Made by a program: the position numbers and the translations under genes. From Henriciella sp. (GTDB lineage: Bacteria; Pseudomonadota; Alphaproteobacteria; Caulobacterales; Hyphomonadaceae), in contig JASJAO010000016.1 in assembly GCA_030066975.1 (NCBI GenBank), forward strand, positions 1 to 32,000: DNA of 32,000 nt, written 5' to 3'. Below the pieces are notes generated by a model. The model saw only the letters and a list, made by a program, of their open reading frames with translations. It had not been told where the DNA came from and did not search any database. Positions 1 to 8,794 of the stretch are shown piece after piece. The stretch's first letter is position 1. The number at the start of each line of letters is the position of its first letter.

Positions 1-214
1 TACCGCACCCACCGGCCCGGCTCGCCTGAGCTTGGTGGGAGCTCCACTCACCGGGCCTCAGTGCCCATGCCCGAACCAGAAAGAAAGGCGAACAGACTCT
101 CCAAATAAACGGCCCGGATTACGGGGCTGGGTCAGACTCACCGTTACAGCGGTGGCCCTTGTCCTAGGGCGGGCGGGTTGCCACATGGGGCGCTTCGTTT
201 AGAGGAGGCTGATC

Positions 215-1138
215 ATGGCGCCGACAAATATTGCTCTTGAAGATTATGTCACCGGGTTCTCGCCGCAGGGCCTGCCGGTGACCGGGCGTATGGTGCGCAT
301 GGCCGAGGGCACCTTGTCGCCGATCCTGAAACGCCATGCCTATCCTGATCACCTTGCTGAAATTCTCGGCGAGGCGCTGATGCTGTCTGTGCTGGTTGGC
401 TCCGGCATGAAGTTTCAGGGCCGGGTGATGGCGCAGGCGGAGGGCGATGGCCCGGTCTCCATGCTGGTGGGCGAGTATCGCAAGGATGGCGGCCTGCGCG
501 CCTATGCCCGCCACGAGACCGAGCGCTGGGCGCATCTGGAGCGCGTCAACAAAGGCGACAAACCGCATATGCCGCAGCTGTTCGGCGCGATGGGGCGGCT
601 CGGCCTGATCATCGTGCACGACAATCCGGATCTGCAGCCCTATCAGGGCATCGTGCCGCTGGCGAAGGGCTCGCTGGCCGAATGCGCGCGCGACTATTTC
701 CGCCAGTCTGAACAGGTGGAAACGCATCTGATGATGGCGATCAACAAGACCTCAGGCGGCGCATGGAGCGGCGGGGGCATGATCCTGCAGCGGATTGCCG
801 GGGATGAGGCCCGCGGCGACACCGATGAAGGCTGGCGCGAGGCCGAGGCCAAGTTTGCCACCTTGTCGGCAGACGAGTTGCTCGACCCGGCGCTGCCGGC
901 TGAACAGCTGATCTATCGCCTGTTCCATGAAGGCGGTGTGACCATGGATGCGGTGCCGCAGCCTCTGGTGGATGCGTGTACCTGCAATCGCCAGCGGCTT
1001 GTCGATACCCTGTCGGGCATGTCGGATGAGGCCCTCTATGACATGGTCGAGCCGGACGGCACGCTGGGTGTCGACTGTCAGTTCTGTTCGCGCCACTATT
1101 CCATTCCGATAGAGGATGTGACGTCCAAGACCAGCTAA
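215..1138 (+). CDS. hslO: Hsp33 family redox-regulated chaperone
   Basis: 307-aa ORF. AGGAGG lies 6 nt upstream of the ATG. The C-terminal Cys switch CTCNRQRL...CQFCSRHY is typical of the Hsp33 zinc centre. Confidence 0.9.
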   Translation: MAPTNIALEDYVTGFSPQGLPVTGRMVRMAEGTLSPILKRHAYPDHLAEILGEALMLSVLVGSGMKFQGRVMAQAEGDGPVSMLVGEYRKDGGLRAYARHETERWAHLERVNKGDKPHMPQLFGAMGRLGLIIVHDNPDLQPYQGIVPLAKGSLAECARDYFRQSEQVETHLMMAINKTSGGAWSGGGMILQRIAGDEARGDTDEGWREAEAKFATLSADELLDPALPAEQLIYRLFHEGGVTMDAVPQPLVDACTCNRQRLVDTLSGMSDEALYDMVEPDGTLGVDCQFCSRHYSIPIEDVTSKTS

Positions 1139-1165
1139 AGGGTTTTCACCGAAAACAGCGCCGCG

Positions 1166-1750
1166 ATGAGTTCCAAACGAAGCACCTGGCCTTACGCCCC
1201 GCGACAGTCGCTCTGGTCCTGGTTGTTTCGCCGCGATGACAATCTCATCGAACTGGGCTCGCCGCCAAAAGCGCTGGAGCATAAGTCAGCGCCAAAGCCG
1301 GAAAGCGGCGGGGCCTCGCTTCGAACCAACGGCGACAATGCCCACGCGCGCCCGATGGAGCCTTCGACCCGCAGCGGCAAGCCCTTTTTCCTTCTGGTCT
1401 TGCAGGCGATTGTCAGCACGTTCAACTGGAACGGGCGGGCCTCACGCCGCGAGTTCGGAGCGTATGTTGTGTTCTATGTCGGCGTGCTGCTGTTTGGCGG
1501 GTTCCTGCCGCGGCTAGCGGAGGACTATCTGCCCGCATTCGCCGGGATCAGCCTGCCGACTTTTATCTGGTTCATTCTGTTTCTCACGCTCGCCTCGGTG
1601 TCTCTGCGCCGCATGCATGACACCGGACGACGCGGTTGGTGGGTGCTGCTCAGCGTGACCAATCCGATCACCGCGCTGTTGTCGATCTATCGCCTGCTGC
1701 AACCTGGCGATCCCGGCACCAATGAATTTGGACCACCGCCTGAGGATTGA
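1166..1750 (+). CDS. DUF805 (YhaH-type) inner membrane protein with a low-complexity N-terminal extension
   Basis: The C-terminal ~120 aa carry the DUF805 signatures NGRASRREFGAY and RRMHDTGRRGWWVLL plus hydrophobic helices. The start is uncertain; an in-frame ATG at 1355 is an alternative. Confidence 0.75.
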   Translation: MSSKRSTWPYAPRQSLWSWLFRRDDNLIELGSPPKALEHKSAPKPESGGASLRTNGDNAHARPMEPSTRSGKPFFLLVLQAIVSTFNWNGRASRREFGAYVVFYVGVLLFGGFLPRLAEDYLPAFAGISLPTFIWFILFLTLASVSLRRMHDTGRRGWWVLLSVTNPITALLSIYRLLQPGDPGTNEFGPPPED

Positions 1751-1753
1751 ACG

Positions 1754-2455
1754 TTACGGTGCCAGCACGTCGCTGGTCTCGCCAAAGCTTGTATACTCGG
1801 TCGGCAGGATAAACGGTTCGCGTTGTACTTCGCGCAGCAGCAGCCAGGCCCGCTCGCCGCCGGTGCAGGCGACATTCACCCACAAATCATCCTCACCACC
1901 AAACTGGAAGTCGGCGAAATCCATAAGGTCGGCCTCATTCAGCTCATAGGTCTCGCCGTCAAACTCACCCAGAAAGTAGCCTTCCGCGAGATAGGATTTG
2001 TACAGGATGACGTCGCCACTCTTTAATGAGAGAGGCTGAACATCCTGACTGAATCCGGTCTCGATTTCGACATCACCCATGATGAAGACAGGGGTCATCT
2101 TGGCGGCTGAACGGAAGATCAGGTCGTCGGCTTCCACTCGGTCATGGTTCCAGGGCGAATAGTTCGCGCCTTTTTCCACGGCGCAATCCACGTCGTGGGG
2201 CAGGGCGCGTTTCATCTCACTGCGTCCGGGCAGCACCGTATTCTCACCGCCAATGATAAATCCATCAGGATACTCACCGGGCCAGAAGTCGCTAATGTAC
2301 CAGCTCTCATCATAGCCAGGAATGTCCGGGGCCGGCTCTGCCAAGGTTTCGACAGGCGGTGCAGGCGCGGGCTCGTCGACTTTTGGCTGGGTCTCATGCG
2401 GATTGCTGCAACCGGCAAGAAACAGAGCTCCAAGACAAACCGCGAGACGACGCAT
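1754..2455 (-). CDS. Hypothetical lipoprotein
   Basis: 233-aa ORF with GGAGG upstream of the ATG. The signal peptide ends in a perfect lipobox (LFLAGC), followed by a Pro/Ala linker. I recognise no family. Confidence 0.7.
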   Translation of the reverse strand: MRRLAVCLGALFLAGCSNPHETQPKVDEPAPAPPVETLAEPAPDIPGYDESWYISDFWPGEYPDGFIIGGENTVLPGRSEMKRALPHDVDCAVEKGANYSPWNHDRVEADDLIFRSAAKMTPVFIMGDVEIETGFSQDVQPLSLKSGDVILYKSYLAEGYFLGEFDGETYELNEADLMDFADFQFGGEDDLWVNVACTGGERAWLLLREVQREPFILPTEYTSFGETSDVLAP

Positions 2456-2539
2456 TTGAAACCTCCGTGTTTTTCTATTCTGTCGAAGAGTTCATCCTGG
2501 CTGTCAAATGTGGCCGCAATGGCTTGGCTTTTGTGCCGT

Positions 2540-2554
2540 TTTCGTGTCGAAGGG
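2540..2554 (+). repeat. 15-bp exact direct repeat TTTCGTGTCGAAGGG, copy 1 (upstream of the second DUF805 gene)
   Basis: Identical 15-mer at 2540-2554 and 3012-3026. Related GTCGAAG cores occur at 2482-2488 and 4400-4406. All copies are intergenic. Confidence 0.85.
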
Positions 2555-2570
2555 CTAGGGAGGGCTAGGT

Positions 2571-3011
2571 ATGTGGTGGGCTTATGTCAAAAACGCCATT
2601 GCAAATGCTGGTAATGGAGCAGGCCGCGCCACTCGTGGCGAATATGCGGCGTATTTCAGCTTCACCTTAGTTTTTCTGGTAATTATCTTCACGGTCGACT
2701 TTTGGCCGACATCAGAAGCCTATACTGAAACAAGAGACGTTGTGGCTGTTGTTGTTATCGTTTGCGCATTACCGCTGTACATACCTTATATCGCTTTGTC
2801 GGCGCGAAGATATCACGATTTTGGGTGGTCTGGTTGGTACGCCATTCTCCCGATTTGGCCGCTTCTGCTACTCTGGCCGGGAAATAGGGGAATAAATCAT
2901 CATGGTGAGCCACCTCACTGGAGTCTTAAGCGCCGCGACGATCTAAAATCTCGTACTTTCGTTTCCAGCGTCACGGACGGAGTGAAATCTCTGACTTGGC
3001 TTTTGCCCTAA
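2571..3011 (+). CDS. DUF805 (YhaH-type) inner membrane protein, second paralog, visibly lower GC
   Basis: GRATRGEYAAYF and RRYHDFGWSGWYAIL motifs. GGGAGGG lies 6 nt upstream of the ATG. The coding sequence is noticeably AT-richer than its neighbours. Confidence 0.75.
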   Translation: MWWAYVKNAIANAGNGAGRATRGEYAAYFSFTLVFLVIIFTVDFWPTSEAYTETRDVVAVVVIVCALPLYIPYIALSARRYHDFGWSGWYAILPIWPLLLLWPGNRGINHHGEPPHWSLKRRDDLKSRTFVSSVTDGVKSLTWLLP

Positions 3012-3026
3012 TTTCGTGTCGAAGGG
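3012..3026 (+). repeat. 15-bp exact direct repeat TTTCGTGTCGAAGGG, copy 2 (gltX leader)
   Basis: Starts immediately after the DUF805 stop codon (3009-3011) and 28 nt before the gltX ATG. It overlaps a TCGAAG/CTTCGA hairpin at 3020-3036. Confidence 0.85.
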
Positions 3027-3053
3027 GCGCTTCGAGATTACGGGATATCGTAA

Positions 3054-4391
3054 ATGACCCAACCTGTTGTTCGTTTCGCGCCGTCGCCGACGGGAAAGTT
3101 GCATGTCGGCAATGTCCGCACTGCGCTGATCAACTGGCTGTTTGCCAAGGGCCAGGGCGGCACGTTCATCCTGCGCATCGATGATACCGACCTTGAGCGC
3201 TCAACCGCAGAATATGAGCAGGGCATTCGCGATGACCTGACCTGGCTGGGGCTGACCTGGGACAAGACGTTCAAACAGTCCGAGCGGTTCCACCAATATG
3301 ATGCGGCAGCTGATAAGTTGCGCGACATGGGCCTGCTTTATGCCTGTTATGAAACCGCAGACGAGCTGGACCGTCAGCGCAAACTGCAGCGCGCCCGCGG
3401 TAAGCCGCCGATCTATAATCGGGCGGCGCTGGACCTGACCGACGAAGACAAAGCGAAACTCGAAGCAGAGGGGCGTAAACCCCACTGGCGGTTTAAACTG
3501 TCGGGCGAGCGGATCGAGTGGGTCGATCTGGTGCGCGGCGAACAGGCGATTGAGACAAGTAGCCTGTCGGACCCGGTTCTGATCCGCGCCGATGGCTCTT
3601 ACCTCTACACGCTGCCAAGCTGCCTTGATGATATCGAGGCCGGCATCACGCATGTCGTGCGCGGTGAGGATCATGTGACCAATTCCGGCGCACAGATCGA
3701 GATCTTCCAGGCCCTTGGCGGCGCTGCACCGGCCATGGCCCACACGCCGCTTCTGGTCGGTGCGGATGGCTCTGGCCTCTCCAAACGCCTCGGGTCGCTC
3801 GGCATGGGGACGCTGCGTGAGAAGGGTGTGGAACCGCTGGCGATTGTCAGTCTGCTCGGCAAGCTTGGTACCAGCGACAATGTCGAGATCCGCGCCTCGC
3901 TCGATCAACTGGCCGAAGAATTCTCGTTCGACAAGATCGGGCGGTCGCCCGCGCGGTTTGACGAGGAGGAGTTGATGAGCCTCAACGCCGCGCTTACGCA
4001 TGAGATGCCATTTGGACAGGCCAAGGACCGGCTCGCGGCGCTTGCGCCTGAGGCGGCGAATGAGACGTTCTGGACGCTTGTGCGCGAGAACTGCCAGACG
4101 GTTGAAGATGCGGCGAAATTCGTCCCGGTCGCCTTTGGGGAGATCACGCCGCTGATTGACGATGAGGATAAGGACTTCATCGCCACCGCGGCCAAGCTGC
4201 TGCCCACAGGCGATATCACCGCCGACACCTGGGGCACCTGGACCAGCGCGCTGAAAGCCGAAACCGGGCGCAAGGGCCGGGGCCTGTTCATGCCGCTGCG
4301 CAAGGCGCTGACAGGCCGCGAGCGTGGCCCCGATGTCGGCGTGATGCTGCAGCTGATGGGCCGGGGCCGGGCAGTGAAACGGCTCAGCTAG
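3054..4391 (+). CDS. gltX: Glutamate--tRNA ligase (short alphaproteobacterial form)
   Basis: N-terminus VRFAPSPTGKLHVGNVRTALINW (HIGH-type motif HVGN) and a KMSKS-type GLSKRLGS. 445 aa. Confidence 0.93.
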   Translation: MTQPVVRFAPSPTGKLHVGNVRTALINWLFAKGQGGTFILRIDDTDLERSTAEYEQGIRDDLTWLGLTWDKTFKQSERFHQYDAAADKLRDMGLLYACYETADELDRQRKLQRARGKPPIYNRAALDLTDEDKAKLEAEGRKPHWRFKLSGERIEWVDLVRGEQAIETSSLSDPVLIRADGSYLYTLPSCLDDIEAGITHVVRGEDHVTNSGAQIEIFQALGGAAPAMAHTPLLVGADGSGLSKRLGSLGMGTLREKGVEPLAIVSLLGKLGTSDNVEIRASLDQLAEEFSFDKIGRSPARFDEEELMSLNAALTHEMPFGQAKDRLAALAPEAANETFWTLVRENCQTVEDAAKFVPVAFGEITPLIDDEDKDFIATAAKLLPTGDITADTWGTWTSALKAETGRKGRGLFMPLRKALTGRERGPDVGVMLQLMGRGRAVKRLS

Positions 4392-4458
4392 GCGGTCTCG
4401 TCGAAGATCCGGTGGCTCTTATTGGGCGTCAAAGCTGAAATGAAGAGCTTGGTGAGAG

Positions 4459-5265
4459 CTACTTAAAGAAGGCAAGCTGATTTGACACAGCCAGCAAAAT
4501 ACCACTTTCGGACCATATGCTAACGCATTGATCAAACATCCCATCGCCGACAGCGCGGCTATCTGCTTCGATCATGACCAAGTTAGAGTCGAGATTTTTG
4601 AGCAGGTCATCTGACGCGAAAATGTTGATTGAAAGCGATACTGTAGAACCGAAACGCGGTGTCTCGAACGCGAAGAACGCACGTGGCATCGGTGTGTCCG
4701 CAATAGCCAGTAGAGCTTTCGCATCGAGGTATCGTCCGTCCGCTTCCCGAATCCAGGTGCGGGTAAGTGGCCGCTCATTGATGGTGAAAGGTTGGCCAAC
4801 GAACATACGTTGCTCGTAATATTGCATCCAAGCTGGCCCCATTCCGGCCACATCCATCAGAGGAACGCTGGAGGGTTCAGGTGAAACCGGCATTGGGACC
4901 TGGAACGCGGCATCCGACGAGCCGCGGCGTCTGGACGCAACGATGTCAGCGCTGAAGACCAGCGCCTCATCGGGGTCTGATTGAAACATCGACACGCGCC
5001 AAAAATCTGTTTGAGCCCTCTTCACAAGACGTTCTACTTTGACGTCGATGGCGCCGACTTTAATTGCCGAAGGAATGATTGAGTTCAGGCTGATCAGCTC
5101 TCCACGATAATCTGGGCTCGCTTTTACGGCTTCTGCGGCCAATGCTGCAGCCCACCCTCCAAAAGCACTTTCGAAATTCCACCAGGTTTTCCCAACCTGA
5201 CACGTGTATCGATTAGTCTCCGCTGCAGATATCTGCGTTGCAGCGTCCAAAGCCTTCAGGGTCAT
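4459..5265 (-). CDS. Acyl-CoA thioesterase II-like (double hotdog) family protein, tentative
   Basis: 268-aa ORF. Its N-terminal FGGWAAALAAEAV segment resembles TesB-like thioesterase family proteins. GC is visibly lower than the flanks. Confidence 0.55.
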   Translation of the reverse strand: MTLKALDAATQISAAETNRYTCQVGKTWWNFESAFGGWAAALAAEAVKASPDYRGELISLNSIIPSAIKVGAIDVKVERLVKRAQTDFWRVSMFQSDPDEALVFSADIVASRRRGSSDAAFQVPMPVSPEPSSVPLMDVAGMGPAWMQYYEQRMFVGQPFTINERPLTRTWIREADGRYLDAKALLAIADTPMPRAFFAFETPRFGSTVSLSINIFASDDLLKNLDSNLVMIEADSRAVGDGMFDQCVSIWSESGILLAVSNQLAFFK

Positions 5266-5405
5266 CTATGTACCTTATTATCTCTATTATCTGTTTACTT
5301 CCGAGTACGTAGGCTAGAACCGTGGACAAGCCAGTCTTTGCACACTTCTGACCAAGAGCAGTCATCTTCCGCTAGTGCCGGTGACCGCTTTGCCTGTGCC
5401 CCGGT

Positions 5406-5609
5406 TCACTCCTCACCGGAGTTCATCCAGGCAAAGACCGGCTTGATCGGCAGCGCCCAGCCAATCCCGGCCACCACAAAGAAGATCAGGCTCGCCCATT
5501 TCGGCGCGGTGGCGAGATGCGTGCCGATCGTGGCCGCGGCCCAAATCCAGAAAGCCAGAAACACCATCAGGAAAATTGCAGCCACAATCCGTCTTTGAGG
5601 GCGTTTCAT
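5406..5609 (-). CDS. DUF2842 small membrane protein
   Basis: 67-aa product from the internal ATG at 5609: MKRPQRRIVAAIFLMVFLAFWIW...WALPIKPVFAWM. It has two hydrophobic helices and is divergent from ctaA, as in other alphaproteobacteria (from memory). The longer 166-aa track ORF overlaps ctaA. Confidence 0.7.
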   Translation of the reverse strand: MKRPQRRIVAAIFLMVFLAFWIWAAATIGTHLATAPKWASLIFFVVAGIGWALPIKPVFAWMNSGEE

Positions 5610-5678
5610 CTCTCGGTCCGTTTTGACTGCGACGCCGTGGCCGCTTGCTGAAAATTCGATAAGCGACACATAGGGCGC

Positions 5679-6734
5679 ATGTTCGCGAACGCAATTTCCC
5701 CGATCGCCGCACGCTGGATTCGCCGCTGGCTGATTGTCATCGGCCTCATGGTCTATGCCATGATCCTGATTGGCGGCGCGACACGGCTGACCGATTCCGG
5801 TCTCTCCATCACAGAATGGCAGCCAATTACCGGCACCTTGCCCCCGTTTGGGGAGGCGGCCTGGCTGTCTGAGTTTGAGAAATACAAACAGACCGCCGAG
5901 TACCAACAGCAGAACTACAATATGACCATGTCAGAGTTCCAGTTCATCTATTGGTGGGAATGGGGCCATCGCCTGTTCGGGCGATTGATCGGCCTCGTCG
6001 CCATTGCAGGTTTTGTCTGGTTCGCCGCGAAGAAGTGGCTGACCAAAGCCTGGGCCACCCGGCTGCTGGTGCTGATCGCGCTCGGCGGGCTGCAAGGCTT
6101 TATCGGCTGGTGGATGGTCGCGAGCGGCATCGGTGAGACGACCCGCGTAGATGTCGCACCCTACCGCCTGATGACGCATTTTGGGCTCGCGCTTTTTATT
6201 ATCGCGGTCACGGCCTGGTTCTGGCTCGATCTCGGTGAACGAGAGCCAGAACCGACCACATCGCGCACACGGCTGTTTGCCGTCATCCTGCTTGCGACAA
6301 TCTCCGTCCAGATGCTGAGCGGGGCTCTGGTCGCGGGCCTCGATGCCGGGCGGACCTATACCGACTGGCCGTTGATGGCGGGTGAAGCCTTCCCGTCCAA
6401 CTATGTCGATCCCCAGCTTGGCGTGCGCAGCCTGTTTGAAGGCCGTGCGGCGACCCAGTTCAATCACCGTATTCTGGCCTATTTCATCTGGGGCTTTGCG
6501 ATCTTCGCCGCCCTTCACCAGCGCGGGACACCGCTTGGCCGGATGTTCGCCGTGATCGCCGGTCTGGTCACGCTGCAGGCGCTCTGGGGCATCTACACGC
6601 TGGTCAGCGCAGCACCCTTGCCGCTGGCGCTGATCCATCAAGGCCTTGGCGTGATTGTCCTGCTCGCGGCTCTGCAGCTAACCTGGATGACTAGTCAATC
6701 ACCGCAGCTGGCACGCCAAGCGGTGCCAGGGTGA
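5679..6734 (+). CDS. ctaA: Heme A synthase (COX15/CtaA)
   Basis: GGATRLTDSGLSITEWQP near the N-terminus, His motifs WGHRLFGR and FNHRILAY, about 8 hydrophobic segments. Confidence 0.9.
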   Translation: MFANAISPIAARWIRRWLIVIGLMVYAMILIGGATRLTDSGLSITEWQPITGTLPPFGEAAWLSEFEKYKQTAEYQQQNYNMTMSEFQFIYWWEWGHRLFGRLIGLVAIAGFVWFAAKKWLTKAWATRLLVLIALGGLQGFIGWWMVASGIGETTRVDVAPYRLMTHFGLALFIIAVTAWFWLDLGEREPEPTTSRTRLFAVILLATISVQMLSGALVAGLDAGRTYTDWPLMAGEAFPSNYVDPQLGVRSLFEGRAATQFNHRILAYFIWGFAIFAALHQRGTPLGRMFAVIAGLVTLQALWGIYTLVSAAPLPLALIHQGLGVIVLLAALQLTWMTSQSPQLARQAVPG

Positions 6735-7719
6735 CATCGCTTGGGTCGATCAGGACGACGCGGTAGTCGCCGGGCTCGGCCTCGCCCGCCACCACAAGCA
6801 GCCCGCCAGGATAGCCGCCACCACGCGCATCCCCTGTCCCGGCCATGCCCACAGGATTGGCTGGCATGGACACTGAAATCCCATCGCGAATGCGCACCGG
6901 TTCAAGCTCGCCCGTGTCCTTGAGATACTCGACCCGGCCAAAGGAATTGAGCGTCAGCCTGTGGCGCTTGCCATTGCGGTCGAGGGCCACCGCGGAGGTG
7001 ACCGGCGCACTGAACACCGTGGCGCCGAGGTCTTCCAGTAAACAGGCTTCAATCGGCTGGTCAGCCTCAACCGGCTCATCGGCGAGGAAGACCAGGCTGT
7101 CATTGACCTGAACGATACGCCCGGACTGCAGCAGCGTCGGTTCATCTTCGGTCCAGTAGCCAAGCCGCATCACGCCATCAATGTCGCCTTGGGGCGGGGC
7201 AGTGCAGAGCCCGGCGGCCGGGCCGCTCTGGTCAACCTGGAACCCATAGGCAATCGGCTCCTGTAGCTCACCGCCATGGATATAGGCTTGCAGTGTGCCA
7301 TCGCGATCGATGCCGGGAAAGATCGAGACCGGCGTCCCCGACAGCATCAGAAACCGCCCATCGCCGACCTGGTCGACATTCAGGTCGCCTTTGGAGGTCA
7401 GGATCTCGGCTTCGAAATTGAACAATTGCAGGCCGCCATCGGCATAACTGACTGCAATCGTGGACCCAAGCTCACCGGCAATCCCGACACTTGCGGGGGC
7501 GACGGGCAGCGCAGATGTGTTCCACACCGCAGGCATCGACATCCGTGTCACCGGCGTCTCAGTTACGGTTTCCGGTACCTCCGCTGGCACCTCTACTGGC
7601 AGCTCCACATCAGGCGTGTCAGAAGGGGCATCACAAGCGGCTGTGATGAAAAGCAGAGCAACCAGCGAAGGCGCGTTGACAAGGCGTTTCGCGGCGCTTA
7701 AACGCGGGCGCTTGAACAT
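6691..7719 (-). CDS. Hypothetical secreted protein or lipoprotein
   Basis: Start trimmed to the ATG at 7719 (MFKRPRLSAAKRLVNAPSLVALLFITAAC, signal peptide with a possible lipobox). The longer track ORF would run into rplM. An acidic Pro/Val/Glu linker precedes a beta-rich body. Its 3' end overlaps the ctaA 3' end by 44 nt. Confidence 0.6.
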   Translation of the reverse strand: MFKRPRLSAAKRLVNAPSLVALLFITAACDAPSDTPDVELPVEVPAEVPETVTETPVTRMSMPAVWNTSALPVAPASVGIAGELGSTIAVSYADGGLQLFNFEAEILTSKGDLNVDQVGDGRFLMLSGTPVSIFPGIDRDGTLQAYIHGGELQEPIAYGFQVDQSGPAAGLCTAPPQGDIDGVMRLGYWTEDEPTLLQSGRIVQVNDSLVFLADEPVEADQPIEACLLEDLGATVFSAPVTSAVALDRNGKRHRLTLNSFGRVEYLKDTGELEPVRIRDGISVSMPANPVGMAGTGDARGGGYPGGLLVVAGEAEPGDYRVVLIDPSDVTLAPLGVPAAVID

Positions 7720-7756
7720 TATCCAATAACTCCGATTAAGAGGCTCCTGCGGAGCA

Positions 7757-8221
7757 ATGAAAACATATAACGCACCAGCCGACGTTGAGAACAACTGGAT
7801 CGTCATCGACGCAACGGATGCCGTTGTGGGTCGTCTTGCTTCCTACGTCGCCAAACGCCTGCGTGGCAAGCATCGCGCTGACTTCACGCCACATATCGAC
7901 ACAGGCGACTTCGTTGTCATCGTCAATGCTGAAAAAGCCAAGTTCACCGGCAACAAGCTGAAAGACAAAGTCTATTACCGCCACACCGGTCACCCGGGCG
8001 GCATCAAGGAAACCACAGCCGGGAAAATCCTGTCTGGCCGGTTCCCGGAGCGCGCCATCGAAATGGCCGTGAAGCGCATGCTTCCGAAAGAAAGCGCCAT
8101 GGCGCGCAAGCAGTTCTCAAAACTGCGTGTCTATGCCGGCGCTGAGCACCCACACGAGGCCCAATCCCCGGAAGCGGTGGATTTTGCTTCCATGAACACC
8201 AAGAACACGAAGGTCGCCTAA
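7757..8221 (+). CDS. rplM: 50S ribosomal protein L13
   Basis: [27 protein letters not shown] is a canonical L13 N-terminus. Confidence 0.97.
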   Translation: MKTYNAPADVENNWIVIDATDAVVGRLASYVAKRLRGKHRADFTPHIDTGDFVVIVNAEKAKFTGNKLKDKVYYRHTGHPGGIKETTAGKILSGRFPERAIEMAVKRMLPKESAMARKQFSKLRVYAGAEHPHEAQSPEAVDFASMNTKNTKVA

Positions 8222-8224
8222 GAC

Positions 8225-8716
8225 ATGTCCGAGACTGCAAATTCTCTTGAAGACCTGAAAGCCGTCACCGAAGGCGAAGGCGCCCCGGTTGAACTGGCTC
8301 CGATCACCGCCGAGCCCAAGATTGACGAACAGGGCCGCTCTTACGGCACAGGTCGCCGCAAGTCGGCCACCGCGCGTGTCTGGATCAAGCCCGGCACCGG
8401 CAAGATCACCATCAATGGCAAGGACCAGGAAGAGTATTTCGCTCGCCCGGTTCTGCGCATGGTGATTGAACAGCCGCTGGTCGAGGCTGAGCGCCGTACA
8501 GAGTTCGACGTGATCGCGACTGTGAAAGGCTCTGGCCTTTCTGGACAAGCTGGCGCAGTCCGTCACGGCATTGCCCGCGCACTGGTCAATTACGAGCCAC
8601 AGCTGCGCCGCATGCTGAAGCCGTTTGGCTTCCTGACGCGTGACCCGCGTGTTGTTGAGCGTAAGAAATACGGTAAGGCGAAAGCCCGCCGCAGCTTCCA
8701 GTTCTCGAAGCGCTAA
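8225..8716 (+). CDS. rpsI: 30S ribosomal protein S9
   Basis: [12 protein letters not shown] and the C-terminal [18 protein letters not shown]. Starts 3 nt after rplM. Confidence 0.97.
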   Translation: MSETANSLEDLKAVTEGEGAPVELAPITAEPKIDEQGRSYGTGRRKSATARVWIKPGTGKITINGKDQEEYFARPVLRMVIEQPLVEAERRTEFDVIATVKGSGLSGQAGAVRHGIARALVNYEPQLRRMLKPFGFLTRDPRVVERKKYGKAKARRSFQFSKR

Positions 8717-8743
8717 GCCAGCTGGCTTATACCATTTTGGAAA

Positions 8744-8771
8744 GGCGCTTCGGAAACGAGGCGCCTTTTTT
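8744..8771 (+). terminator. Rho-independent terminator of rplM-rpsI
   Basis: GGCGCTTCG-GAAA-CGAGGCGCC (9-bp stem with one G-U pair, GNRA tetraloop) followed by TTTTTT. Confidence 0.75.
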
Positions 8772-8794
8772 CTATCTGAAACAAGGGTTTGGGC

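Noticed and set aside
1-214. Possible RNase P RNA or cobalamin riboswitch on the minus strand. Fragments seen were GGGTGCGGTA, AATCCGGGC, GGCACTG and CCGCTGTAAC.
   Set aside because: The universally conserved RNase P GAGGAAAGTCCGGGC is absent. The cobalamin B12 box (GCCACTG), AGGGAA and GGGAAGGC elements are also absent. The resemblances are short and probably due to chance.
3201-4001. 266-aa ORF antisense to gltX. Similar cases are 164-727 and 752-1282 opposite hslO, and 5931-6641 opposite ctaA.
   Set aside because: The opposite strand encodes unmistakable conserved proteins. Long stop-free antisense frames are expected in GC-rich DNA, and the products are Arg/Pro/Gly-rich low-complexity sequence.
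5406-5906. 166-aa version of the DUF2842 ORF
   Set aside because: The extension overlaps the ctaA start and its divergent promoter region. The conserved small protein starts at the ATG at 5609.
6691-6734. 44-nt convergent overlap of the ctaA and secreted-protein 3' ends as a sign of misannotation or frameshift
   Set aside because: Both reading frames look intact up to their stops. Short convergent overlaps occur naturally, and there is no evidence of a disrupted gene.
7720-7806. N-terminal extension of the secreted-protein ORF to 7806
   Set aside because: It would overlap the rplM start on the opposite strand and place 29 residues ahead of an obvious signal peptide.
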